Source of the DNA: a virus
IMG/VR virus record: IMGVR_UViG_3300022401_000130
Length of the DNA: 21,976 nucleotides
Strand: one strand, 5' to 3'
In this document: one piece after another, positions 1 to 8,660 of the stretch
Position numbering within the stretch: position 1 is the first letter of the stretch
Layout: each line of letters starts with the position of its first letter
Notes under the pieces: generated by a model
The model's database searches: none
Told to the model about the DNA's origin: nothing
Seen by the model: only the letters and a program-made list of their open reading frames with translations
Program-made: the position numbers and the translations under genes

Positions 1-3
1 TAA

Positions 4-597
4 TTGCAATTTTTAATTATTAGTTTGTTCAATATTTTATTAAAAAAGTTAATGATAACTGAACAAGTGTAATTTTAAGAATGTTAAATTTAACGTCAAT
101 GAGAAATTGCAATTTAGTTGCAATTTTTCCCCTAAGAATTGCAATTTTATTGCAATTAATTGCAATTCCAAAAATCGAAAAACCCCGCATATCCGTTTTT
201 GACCCTATTTTAATGCAAGTTGCAATTCAGTATTTAAAAGTTGCAATAGTTGCAATTGTGAATGTTTACACGAATGTATATAAATTATTGTAGTATATTA
301 CGAAAGTGCCGAACAGCTACTGGGACAGATGTATCGCCCAGGTCACCCCTCTGGGGGTGGTTTTCTGGCATACCAAGGAAATGTATATATTACGATATAT
401 GTATTACAATCCTTGCACCTTCCTGCAAGCAAACATCATACCCCCAAAAACTGCAATTGTCGTTTCTATTTTTCCGAATAGGGGCCAAATTAAACAGTAT
501 TCAACATTGTTCAAAAGTTGCAATTTTCAAAATGGAGTTGCAATTCCAGTTGCAACTGTTGCAATTTTTGTTGCAATAAAATTGCAATTAATTGCAA
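4..597. repeat. Bipartite array of palindromic TTGCAA hexamers, mostly spaced 9-12 or 20-21 bp within clusters
   Basis: 16 exact TTGCAA copies starting at 4,107,118,139,150,160,220,241,250 and 518,538,550,559,571,582,592; the 256-517 gap has no exact copy and contains a CACCCC-tctg-GGGGTG hairpin. Confidence 0.9.
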
Positions 598-616
598 TAG
601 CTATAAAATATAGTTG

Positions 617-650
617 TTATAAAGATATGTATGTTAAGGATTTGGAGTGA
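617..650 (+). promoter_or_regulatory. Putative TATA box and RBS for the coiled-coil gene
   Basis: TTATAAA at about 618-624 and GGAGTGA at 644-650 just upstream of ATG 657. Confidence 0.5.
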
Positions 651-656
651 AAATGG

Positions 657-1817
657 ATGGATGAAAAAACTCTTGAAAAAAGTGATAAAGGAATCGGCCT
701 GGAATTTGAAGTAAAGAAAAATACTGCAAATGCAAACAGGATAGGATTCAGCAATACTATTTTTGATGTTGGCGAAAAAGTCTATGTTTTATCAGAAGAG
801 CAACGCTTTGATGTAATGAAAGAATTAGACAATGTAGATGAATACAAAGCCAGAATAAAAGAACTTGAAGGCATAATAGCTAAAGGAACAACTGACACTG
901 ACGCTGAAGATTTAAAAGCACAGCTTCAGGAAAAGGATAAAACCATTACTGAATTAACCAATGAGAATTCAGAAAAGGACAATACAATTAAAGAACTTGT
1001 AACAAGAGTTGATTCACTAGCTAAAGAACTTGAATCCTCCAAGGATGTTAAAGTTGAATCCGTAGATGATATTGAAACTTTAAAAGAAGAATTGAAAACC
1101 AAGGAGAGCGAAGTTGAATATTGGAAGAATGCATTTGAAAATCTTATGGAATCTTCAGATGATCTTGCAAACAGAAATGAAGAATTGATCAAAGACAACG
1201 AACAGCTGAAGACCGCAAATATTCACATTAACGAAACCAATAAATTACTGAATCAAAATATTATTGGCATTAACGATAACTATAAGGAAACTAAGGACGA
1301 ACTCCAGTCCAGTTTTGTTAATAAAGAAAAAGAGTTAAAAGAAACCATCCAAAAGCAACAAACACATATAGATGAATTAACTGAAAAAGTTGAATCTCTA
1401 TCAATGTTAAAAGATTACATTCCTCCAAAAGAACATTACGAAGAAATCGATAGCTTGAAAGATAAAGTTAAAGATGCTAAACTTGAATTAGATAAATTAA
1501 GTGCTGAAGTTGACATGAAACTTTCCAAACAAAAATCTGAAATGGAAGTTAAGCATACTGAAGAAAAAGCACAAATGCTAATAGCTTATACTCAGGAAGT
1601 AAATGCTAATAAATTGAAATACAATGAATTAGCTAAAGATTATAATCACTTACTTGGAGATACAAAGTCATTAACCCGTGTAAACACTTTAATAAGTGGT
1701 AGGCACAATGCTATTGTTAAAGATAAAGAACCTGTTGAACTTGAAGAGATAGAGGTGGAAAAAGAACCTACCGAAACAATAGAATATGTTCCGAAGGATA
1801 AGGTTACTTTAATTTAA
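657..1817 (+). CDS. Long coiled-coil protein with a small N-terminal beta-rich (possibly AbrB-like DNA-binding) domain
   Basis: 386 aa; residues ~50-350 are K/E/L-rich heptad-like; N-terminal ~45 aa (EFEVKKNTANANRIGFSNTIFDVGEKVYVLSE) are beta-strand-like; good RBS. Function is inferred. Confidence 0.75.
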   Translation: MDEKTLEKSDKGIGLEFEVKKNTANANRIGFSNTIFDVGEKVYVLSEEQRFDVMKELDNVDEYKARIKELEGIIAKGTTDTDAEDLKAQLQEKDKTITELTNENSEKDNTIKELVTRVDSLAKELESSKDVKVESVDDIETLKEELKTKESEVEYWKNAFENLMESSDDLANRNEELIKDNEQLKTANIHINETNKLLNQNIIGINDNYKETKDELQSSFVNKEKELKETIQKQQTHIDELTEKVESLSMLKDYIPPKEHYEEIDSLKDKVKDAKLELDKLSAEVDMKLSKQKSEMEVKHTEEKAQMLIAYTQEVNANKLKYNELAKDYNHLLGDTKSLTRVNTLISGRHNAIVKDKEPVELEEIEVEKEPTETIEYVPKDKVTLI

Positions 1818-1848
1818 TCTCCAAGTCCAACACTAACATTAACGTTAG

Positions 1849-2406
1849 CTATTCTTTATCTTTAATTGATTCTAGTATTTCATCCATTAATTTGGATGTG
1901 TCAATATGAGTTTTCTCTCCAACTTCATATTCAATGATGGAGCAGACAATCTTATCAAGTGATCTGTCTTGAATAGCTGAGACTATCCTTAATTTTCTGT
2001 GAGTTTCTAAATCAACTTTAACATTGATTCTTTTTCGTGGATTGCCTTTATTCAATAACTTATCGTTTAAATCATAAGCTGAATTGTCAATGTCTTCTCT
2101 ATGTAACCAATCAAAGCCATCTTCAAATGCTTCAGTGTTTTCAACTGCTTCTCTTACATATTCAACAATATCTAAGTCTTTTGTTTTAGCTTCGATAATG
2201 GATGTTGCAATCTTTTCTAAACTGGTGTCTTTGGCAGTTGCTATTAATTTTAAAGCTTTGTGAGTATTAGGGAATATTTTAACTGTTATCTGTTTTCGTG
2301 GTGTCTGTTCTTCTTGAATGTAATCTTCTTTAGCTTCTTTTAGGTTCATTTGACGTTGAGCATGTTTTTCAATTAACGCTTCATAATTGTCCTGGTCGTC
2401 AGCCAT
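1849..2406 (-). CDS. Tandem ribbon-helix-helix (CopG/Arc/ParG-like) DNA-binding protein
   Basis: Two internal repeats, QITVKIFPNTHKALKLIATAKDTSLEKIATSII and RINVKVDLETHRKLRIVSAIQDRSLDKIVCSII, each with an alternating beta-strand followed by two helices; GGAGG RBS upstream. Confidence 0.75.
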   Translation of the reverse strand: MADDQDNYEALIEKHAQRQMNLKEAKEDYIQEEQTPRKQITVKIFPNTHKALKLIATAKDTSLEKIATSIIEAKTKDLDIVEYVREAVENTEAFEDGFDWLHREDIDNSAYDLNDKLLNKGNPRKRINVKVDLETHRKLRIVSAIQDRSLDKIVCSIIEYEVGEKTHIDTSKLMDEILESIKDKE

Positions 2407-2525
2407 GTTAAATTCCTCCTTGATATTAATTAATGTAGTTACTTAATAAATGTAATTACATTATTAATGTATATACTTAATATGTAATTCGATGTATATA
2501 AACATTTTGATATTTAAAAAATAAG

Positions 2526-2572
2526 CTGTCCATCTCTGATGGACAGGTTGCGACGAGCAAAGCGAGTCGCAA
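2526..2572. other. Twin GC-rich hairpins; the second is capped by the GAGC-AAA-GCGA motif
   Basis: CTGTCCATC-tct-GATGGACAG (2526-2546) and TTGCGAC-gagcaaagcga-GTCGCAA (2548-2572); same cap family as hairpins at 18683-18949. Confidence 0.75.
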
Positions 2573-2613
2573 TAGGTATATAGAGAAATATTGAGTAATG
2601 GTTGGATGATTAT

Positions 2614-2850
2614 GACATTAACATTAACGTTTGATATTTCATTACTGGAAAAATATATTTCTTACTAGAATGAATATTTGAAGTTCCGGATGAGATAATC
2701 TATAGGTGCAATCAATAGCTATTAATTTATTGATTCAACATTAACGTTAACGGAAGGGTTTTTGCAATTCAATTCTGAATTTAAACCGTGATATATATGA
2801 AAGGGTTTCAAAAAATAAGTTTTCAATAGCTAATGGCCGATGTTAATGTG
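2614..2850. repeat. Dispersed copy of the ~200-bp AACATT-iteron unit found at 17.7-18.4 kb
   Basis: ACATTAACATTAACG-TTTGATATTT (2615-2639), TTAACGTTAACG (~2741) and GATATATATGAAAGGGTT (2790-2807) occur in the same order as in 17895-18012. Confidence 0.75.
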
Positions 2851-2852
2851 GA

Positions 2853-3251
2853 TTAAAATTTGTCAATGTCCCTGTTATGGATCCACTCACGATGTTTGCC
2901 AATGGCCACATTAACAATAATGTCTATGAGATCAAGTTCGTCAGCTTGTTTGAAATAGTACCTGCCAGGACCTTCCATAATTTGTCTTAAATCATAGAAT
3001 GGCTTTGGTTTAATTGCATTTGGATTCATTAGGCCGTAGCTTTTCAATAGCTTAACGTTGGTGGTTTCGTATTTCTCCAGTTTGGATTTCTGGACTTTGG
3101 CTGCAACTGTTCTTTCTTTTCTGTCGAAGAGTGTTGCGATTTGGGAGCTGTCTATTAATATGCTTGATTCTATTAATAGCAATTTGATTTCTTTACCTTT
3201 GACTGTTATTGTTGTTGCATACGAATTTTTATTATCTAAAAATAATTTCAT
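2853..3251 (-). CDS. Small putative DNA-binding protein (Rha/antirepressor N-terminal-like)
   Basis: 132 aa; IDSSQIATLFDRKERTV resembles the S.QIA..F.K.H..V helix-turn-helix pattern of phage Rha/ORF6N-type domains. ORF is solid, family call is weak. Confidence 0.5.
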   Translation of the reverse strand: MKLFLDNKNSYATTITVKGKEIKLLLIESSILIDSSQIATLFDRKERTVAAKVQKSKLEKYETTNVKLLKSYGLMNPNAIKPKPFYDLRQIMEGPGRYYFKQADELDLIDIIVNVAIGKHREWIHNRDIDKF

Positions 3252-3311
3252 CTTATATCCTCTGGTATATATTATAGCTATTAATATTACATATATTTTT
3301 TTTAGAAATAG

Positions 3312-3344
3312 ATAAGCTGGGAGAGGGTCTGATTCCCAGCTTAT
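3312..3344. terminator. 11-bp perfect inverted repeat downstream of the capsid operon (terminator/stabiliser-like)
   Basis: ATAAGCTGGGA-11 nt-TCCCAGCTTAT; on the minus strand it is followed by a T-rich stretch (TCTATTTCT) and lies 150 bp after the MCP-B stop. Confidence 0.5.
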
Positions 3345-3498
3345 TGAAGATTCGGAGTTAAATACTCTTAGCAGAAGATGTCAGTGAAGAAAAACAATTA
3401 AAACTCCACGAACATAATCTTTATTGAGATTTAATATTCTTTTGTTCCTACACGCTCTCAAACGAAAGGAATATATTTAGGAGATTTTTACTATGGCT

Positions 3499-4431
3499 CT
3501 ATGCTCTGAATTGTCCTTTGATTATTCTATTAGGTGCGTTCATTAACACACCGACGGAGGAAAGTATGAATAGTTTTGTATACATAGGCAATTCGTCACG
3601 TATGTCTTTGCGCATGAATTCGATTAATGGATAGAAATCGTACATTTCACCGTCAGGTCCTAAAGGTGCAACGGTTGTTCCTGTAGTCCTGGAGTATAAC
3701 AATTTCATTCCTGGGTTAATGTAGTCCATACCAATATATGTTTTGTCACCCATCTCAGAACCACCATCACAAACTGCAGTTCCAAGGATATCTATATTAT
3801 CAACGCCGTAATAGCTTTTGATTAATTCTACCGGTTCAACTTGTCTGTTACTTGAGAATATGTCAGATTTTAATGTAGTAAGAGATTTGTAACTAACAGC
3901 CATACTGTTTAAGTTAGCATAACTTCCGGCACCTTCTTTGAATTTTTCCTGTGCTTTAAGGATGGTCATACCGGTATCGTCACCAGATTCAAAGTCATAG
4001 GTGGTTACTTTGGATGAATTCATTATCATATCAATAGCTGCCTTTTCAATACTTCTACCAATAAGGATACCTACATCCTGTAACATGTCATTAACACTTA
4101 TTAAATTGGAATCAAGCATTTGAGCAGAAACGTTTAATACTCCACCGATAGTGTCAATGGAGACGGTTTCGCTGATTGGTTTTCTGACGTTTAATTCCTG
4201 TAATGTTGCGCCAGGTGCAATGTCTTTTGCCTCTCCAAGCACGCCTGCCTGAATAGCTTCCTCGATATTGACTCTTTGTGACATGTAGGTATAGTATTGA
4301 GAATTCTCTTGTATTTCTTGCTTTGGAAGTAATCTGGTGAATTTCATCCATTTGGCTGAAGTGTCAGCTACAATCTGTGCCATTACTTCATTTTGTACTT
4401 TAGCATCATTTCCTTTTGTTAACATTAACAT
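3499..4431 (-). CDS. Major capsid protein paralogue B (HK97 fold); likely start at ATG 4425 (MLTKGN)
   Basis: 310 aa; E-loop/spine-helix pattern (DIAPGATLQELNVRKPISETVSIDTIGGVLNVS...DMLQDVGILIGRSIE) typical of HK97-fold shells; roughly half identical by eye to 4442-5380; GGTGA RBS. Confidence 0.8.
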   Translation of the reverse strand: MLMLTKGNDAKVQNEVMAQIVADTSAKWMKFTRLLPKQEIQENSQYYTYMSQRVNIEEAIQAGVLGEAKDIAPGATLQELNVRKPISETVSIDTIGGVLNVSAQMLDSNLISVNDMLQDVGILIGRSIEKAAIDMIMNSSKVTTYDFESGDDTGMTILKAQEKFKEGAGSYANLNSMAVSYKSLTTLKSDIFSSNRQVEPVELIKSYYGVDNIDILGTAVCDGGSEMGDKTYIGMDYINPGMKLLYSRTTGTTVAPLGPDGEMYDFYPLIEFMRKDIRDELPMYTKLFILSSVGVLMNAPNRIIKGQFRA

Positions 4432-4441
4432 TCACCTCTAA

Positions 4442-5380
4442 TTATGGTCTGCAGGTACCTCTTAAAGCAAGTCCTGGTTTATTTAATAATATTCCTACTT
4501 TTGATTGTATAAATAATTTGGTATATTGAGGTAACTCATCGTAAATGTCTTTACGCATGATTTCAATGATAGGATAGAAGTCTGCAATGTTTTCATCACT
4601 TGTAATTGGTGCAACAGTAGTTCCGGATGATTTGGAGTACAATACTGTTAACGGTGCATTACGAAGATCAAAACCGATATAGTCCTTATCGCCTATTAAT
4701 GATCCACCGTCAGCTTGAGTTGTTCCGAGAAGGTCAATGTTGTCAATGCCGTAGTATTCTTTAATGTCTTCTACTGGCTGTACCATTTTGTTGGATGCGT
4801 AAGCTAATTGTTTAACATAGCTTAATGTCTTGTATGATTCGGCCATTATTGTTAGGTCTGCACCTGCACCGGCGTTGCCTTTGAATGCTTCCTGTGCTTT
4901 GATGACAAATTTACCGAAGGCATCCATGGTATCGTCAGTTTCACTGGTATTGTAAACAGGAACGTTTGGAGAGCTTGTTATAGTATCGTAAATGTTGTAT
5001 TCAATACGATTAGCAATAACGGTAGCTACATCACCTAATAAATCCTCAAATGAAACAATATCTGAGTCAAATACATCCTTATTAACATTTAAGACTCCAC
5101 CAACAGTATCAATACTAATAGTGTCTGTTACTGGTTTGCGGATGTTAAGTTCCTGAAGTGATGCGCCTGGTGCAATGTCTTTGGCCTCACCAAGGAGACC
5201 TTTTTTAATAGCTTCGTCAAGATTAATGTTCTGTCTGAAATAAGTATAGTAATCTGAGTTCTCTTTAATTTCTTGTTTAGGAAACAATCTAGCTAACTTT
5301 AATCTCTTTGCGGTTTCATCAGTAATAGTTTGAGCTATTACCTCGTTTTGAACTTTAGTATTATTTCCTTTTGTAATCAT
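4442..5380 (-). CDS. Major capsid protein paralogue A (HK97 fold)
   Basis: 312 aa; same HK97-like pattern (DIAPGASLQELNIRKPVTDTISIDTVGGVLNVN...DLLGDVATVIANRIE); directly follows a decoration-like gene; GGTGA RBS. Confidence 0.8.
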   Translation of the reverse strand: MITKGNNTKVQNEVIAQTITDETAKRLKLARLFPKQEIKENSDYYTYFRQNINLDEAIKKGLLGEAKDIAPGASLQELNIRKPVTDTISIDTVGGVLNVNKDVFDSDIVSFEDLLGDVATVIANRIEYNIYDTITSSPNVPVYNTSETDDTMDAFGKFVIKAQEAFKGNAGAGADLTIMAESYKTLSYVKQLAYASNKMVQPVEDIKEYYGIDNIDLLGTTQADGGSLIGDKDYIGFDLRNAPLTVLYSKSSGTTVAPITSDENIADFYPIIEIMRKDIYDELPQYTKLFIQSKVGILLNKPGLALRGTCRP

Positions 5381-5390
5381 TCATTATCAC

Positions 5391-5873
5391 CTATTCTGTT
5401 ATGTCATAAGGTCTGAATACTTCAACGTAATTGTAATCATCAGAACTATCAACTGGATGCATTGCAATATACTCACCGTCATTAGATTTAATAGCTCCAG
5501 TGCTTGATAAAGCTATACGGTCATTAACGGCAATGTTTGATAATCCACTAGCTAATTTTAATCTGAATAAATGTCCTAATACAAGAATAGCTGTTTTCCT
5601 TTTACCGCCAGTCATAGTGACCGGATCGTTAACAGCAATACCTAAAATGATTTCACCTTCAGCTGCAGTGTATTTTTTAACTGTTGGTTTTCCAATATCT
5701 GAGTTTGCAGATAAAGTTACAGCATCATCCACTTTGATTTTATCTCCTGCGTATTCATATCCAGGAGTTTCTCCAGTTGGAGTAGTAACAGTGGTAGGTG
5801 TAATCTCACCTTCATCTAATAAGAAAGTTGTGACTTCTTTTCTTTCTTCAAGTAAAATAATAGAATCTGCCAT
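5391..5873 (-). CDS. Capsid decoration/cement protein (beta-tulip/DUF2190-like), paralogue 1
   Basis: 160 aa, immediately upstream of the MCP (canonical position); IGIAVND..., VLG.LFRLKL beta-rich pattern; GGAGG RBS. Confidence 0.7.
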   Translation of the reverse strand: MADSIILLEERKEVTTFLLDEGEITPTTVTTPTGETPGYEYAGDKIKVDDAVTLSANSDIGKPTVKKYTAAEGEIILGIAVNDPVTMTGGKRKTAILVLGHLFRLKLASGLSNIAVNDRIALSSTGAIKSNDGEYIAMHPVDSSDDYNYVEVFRPYDITE

Positions 5874-5897
5874 TATTAATGTCCTCCAATAATTGCT

Positions 5898-5928
5898 ATT
5901 ACTTAATTTATTATTTATATTATATAAA
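5898..5928 (-). promoter_or_regulatory. Conserved structural-gene promoter copy 1: TTTATATAA-N5-RTAATAAA
   Basis: Minus strand TTTATATAA TATAA ATAATAAA TTAAGTAAT; same motif and spacing at 15693-15723, 17685-17714 and 20311-20342. Confidence 0.75.
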
Positions 5929-5970
5929 CATCTCTATATAATGGCTACTTTTTGAAATGATATCTGAAGA

Positions 5971-6000
5971 TTGACATTAACATTAACGATTGACATTAAC
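5971..6000. repeat. AACATT-iteron site upstream of the capsid promoter
   Basis: TTGACATTAACATTAACGATTG (5971-5992) is identical to 17737-17758 and is followed by a further ACATTAAC. Confidence 0.75.
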
Positions 6001-6058
6001 GGTTGAAAAATAGAATGGCTATTTAATATTGCTTTGTTAATATAAACTAAAGGATAGA

Positions 6059-6126
6059 ATAGAAATAAGTCAAGAATAAGAATTGTTAAGGATGAATTCG
6101 TGAAATATAAGATGACTTATTTCTAT
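6059..6126. repeat. 14-bp perfect inverted repeat with a 40-nt spacer
   Basis: ATAGAAATAAGTCA (6059-6072) and TGACTTATTTCTAT (6113-6126). Confidence 0.7.
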
Positions 6127-6202
6127 GGAAAACAACATAGGAGTTAAATTGTCTTCAATATAATATTAGTTAGTTATGTTATATAATTGAAGGGTTCTGG
6201 AA

Positions 6203-6916
6203 TCATTTATCCAAATCTTCTTTTAATATCTCATACATTACTTTCTTTATGTCTTTAGTGGAACGTAAAACAAATTGAGGGTTTGCAATTTTAATAACTC
6301 TTCCTTTATCATTATAAACAAAATTATTTCTATCTTGTCTATTACAAGAATCACACTGCGGAATTATATTTCCTAATTCTAATGATTTATTAGGATCCTT
6401 ATGGCCTTTTTGTAATTGTGTTGTAATATTTGGATAATGAATGTTTGGTTCACCTTCAATAGAACCACAAGTAGCACATCTATAATTATATTGCTTTTTA
6501 ATTGATTCCCATTCATCTCCAGTTAAGTTATCTAATCTTCTTAAATTAGTAAAGTTAGGATAATATTTTTCGACACTGATTAATGCATACTCTCCAGGTT
6601 TCACATTGTATTCAGCACATTCCCTATCATGTCTTTGACCACTTATGATATACCAGCCTTTCTGTTGTCCTAAATGTCTTGCTTGTTGGACATCATTAGG
6701 TCTTTCACCATATTGGCCTAAGAAATTAGTTAAATCTTCTTTTGACACAGGTTTTTGAAAGTTAAGATATAAATAAATTAATACTAATGCATCTTTTGTA
6801 TAGTTGTCTCCTGTTTTTAGTCTAGGAAATTTAACTCCATATTTTTCTAAATATTTCGCATGTTTTTCTTTTAATTCTGTATAACACTCCATTAATTTTG
6901 AATCACTCACATACAT
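6203..6916 (-). CDS. HNH (His-Me finger) endonuclease, probable restriction endonuclease
   Basis: 237 aa; RCATCG...QKGHKDP...QCDSCN zinc-binding HNH motif preceded by a helical N-terminal domain; adjacent to a C5 methyltransferase. Confidence 0.8.
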   Translation of the reverse strand: MYVSDSKLMECYTELKEKHAKYLEKYGVKFPRLKTGDNYTKDALVLIYLYLNFQKPVSKEDLTNFLGQYGERPNDVQQARHLGQQKGWYIISGQRHDRECAEYNVKPGEYALISVEKYYPNFTNLRRLDNLTGDEWESIKKQYNYRCATCGSIEGEPNIHYPNITTQLQKGHKDPNKSLELGNIIPQCDSCNRQDRNNFVYNDKGRVIKIANPQFVLRSTKDIKKVMYEILKEDLDK

Positions 6917-6950
6917 AATTATATTTATAAATAAAACAATTTTTTATATA

Positions 6951-6972
6951 TAGTTACAATAATATGTAACTA
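6951..6972. promoter_or_regulatory. Operator-like inverted repeat between divergent HNH and wHTH genes
   Basis: TAGTTACA-ataata-TGTAACTA within the 74-bp divergent intergenic region, next to TATA-like stretches. Confidence 0.55.
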
Positions 6973-6990
6973 AAATATGAGCTGAAAGTA

Positions 6991-7251
6991 ATGATAAAAA
7001 AAGAATTAATGTATATATTGAAAAGTGAAATTAGATTGCATATAATTCTATCATTAAATGATTATCCAAAATCCCCTAAAGAATTAACAAGTAAAAAATT
7101 TTATATTTCACATATATCCTATAATTTAAAAGATTTAATAGAAAAAGATTATATAATATGTATTACTCCAAATTTAAGGAAAAATAAAAAGTTTGCTCTA
7201 ACAGATAAAACTAAAAAATTAATAGAAGATTTAAAAGAATTAATTGAGTAA
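6991..7251 (+). CDS. Winged-helix (ArsR/MarR-like) transcriptional regulator
   Basis: 86 aa; SEIRLHIILSL...SPKEL...SHISYNLKDL...ICITPNLRKNKKFALTDK wHTH pattern; same family as 9011-9298. Confidence 0.75.
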   Translation: MIKKELMYILKSEIRLHIILSLNDYPKSPKELTSKKFYISHISYNLKDLIEKDYIICITPNLRKNKKFALTDKTKKLIEDLKELIE

Positions 7252-8415
7252 TTAATTCAAATTATCTAATGATCTTCTAAATTCTGAAGCAATAGCTTTT
7301 GCTAGTAATGGAGGTACTGCATTACCTACTTGTTTATATTGTTGACTACTTGACCCTTTAAATTCCACATAATCTGGTATGGATTGTAATCTGCAAGCTT
7401 CTCTTACACTCATGACTCTATTGCTTGTTGGATGTAAAAATCTGCCTGGAGCACTAGCACAACCACAATTACCAGTAATTGTATCGGCAGGTTTATTTTC
7501 ATCTAATTTACCATATATATTTGGATAACCTCTTTTAAGTTTTAAATCATCAGGTAAGTCTCCATGATTACCTCCTTGAGGAATATTTTTAATTCTTTCA
7601 ATAACTAATTCAGAATGATTAGGTGCTTTATGATTAAATAATTTATCAGAATTTTTTCTACAATATTCTTGATATTCATTTTGAGGAGGAAGAGTATATT
7701 TTGTGGCTGATTGTTTACATTCAATTATTGGTAAATCAGATAAAGCATCTTTAACAGTTAAATAATGTTTTGCATCACCTGAATGAGCTAATAATGAATT
7801 TTTGTCATGATGAGTAGGAGTAGGGAATTTAAAATTATAATCATATTCTTTTCTAATACCTACAAAGAATATCCTTTTTCTTAATTGTGGAACACCATAA
7901 TCTGCAGCTAACAATACTTTTGATTGAACATTATAACCAATGTCATTAAAGATATCAATAAGCTCATCTTTAATTAATTCATCTTTACCGTTTTTCATAG
8001 ATGCTAATCCTGAAACATTTTCCATCAAAAACATTTTAGGTTTAATTGAATCAACAATATCTGCATAAATTCTAACAAGATTGTTTCTTGGATCATCAAT
8101 CATTCGATTTCCAACAGTACTAAATCCTTGACATGGTGGCCCACCTATGACAACATCAATTTCATTTGGATTAATGTTATTCTCTTTTAAAAGTGTGATA
8201 ACATCAGTTTCATTTAAATCTTCATTAAATCCAATTGCATTGGGATGTGAATTAGTATATGTCTCTAAAAATTTAGGTTCAATTTCAAATCCTGCTAAAA
8301 TATTGAAATCTTCCATCTCAAAACCTAAACTTAATCCACCAGCCCCACAAAACAAATCTATACAGTTATATTTATTTTCATTAGCACACATTTCAAAATC
8401 ATCCTTATTAACCAT
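7252..8415 (-). CDS. dcm: DNA (cytosine-5)-methyltransferase
   Basis: Motif I DLFCGAGG, catalytic GGPPCQGFS, ENV, QLRKRIFFVG, and C-terminal SVREACRLQS and QVGNAVPP motifs all present. Confidence 0.95.
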   Translation of the reverse strand: MVNKDDFEMCANENKYNCIDLFCGAGGLSLGFEMEDFNILAGFEIEPKFLETYTNSHPNAIGFNEDLNETDVITLLKENNINPNEIDVVIGGPPCQGFSTVGNRMIDDPRNNLVRIYADIVDSIKPKMFLMENVSGLASMKNGKDELIKDELIDIFNDIGYNVQSKVLLAADYGVPQLRKRIFFVGIRKEYDYNFKFPTPTHHDKNSLLAHSGDAKHYLTVKDALSDLPIIECKQSATKYTLPPQNEYQEYCRKNSDKLFNHKAPNHSELVIERIKNIPQGGNHGDLPDDLKLKRGYPNIYGKLDENKPADTITGNCGCASAPGRFLHPTSNRVMSVREACRLQSIPDYVEFKGSSSQQYKQVGNAVPPLLAKAIASEFRRSLDNLN

Positions 8416-8660
8416 AATATCCCATTATCATTCATTTAATTAATACTAAATGAAAAAATAGAGTTGTATTTATTTTTATATATATTATAATATATAATTT
8501 TAAGAATATTTTTTTGAATACTCAATTTTTTTCATCAATTAATATTTTATTTCTTATCTATTTAAATGTTACTATGTAAATGATATGTATTTACAATGTA
8601 TAATGTAACAGATATAAATAAAATATTTAACAAAATTAAAAAATAAATGAGTGGAAAGAA

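Noticed and set aside
81-650. ORFs 81-293, 262-579 and 306-650
   Set aside because: They are by-products of the TTGCAA array (repeated IAI/VAI/LQ), overlap each other and lack convincing RBSs.
3440-3501. Amber (pyrrolysine) readthrough at the TAG ending MCP-B
   Set aside because: The extension is only 17 codons to another TAG with no recognisable motif; the inferred host group is not known for pyrrolysine use.
3499-5380. Encapsulin nanocompartment interpretation of the two shell genes
   Set aside because: Portal-, protease/scaffold- and decoration-like genes and no cargo enzyme favour a viral capsid.
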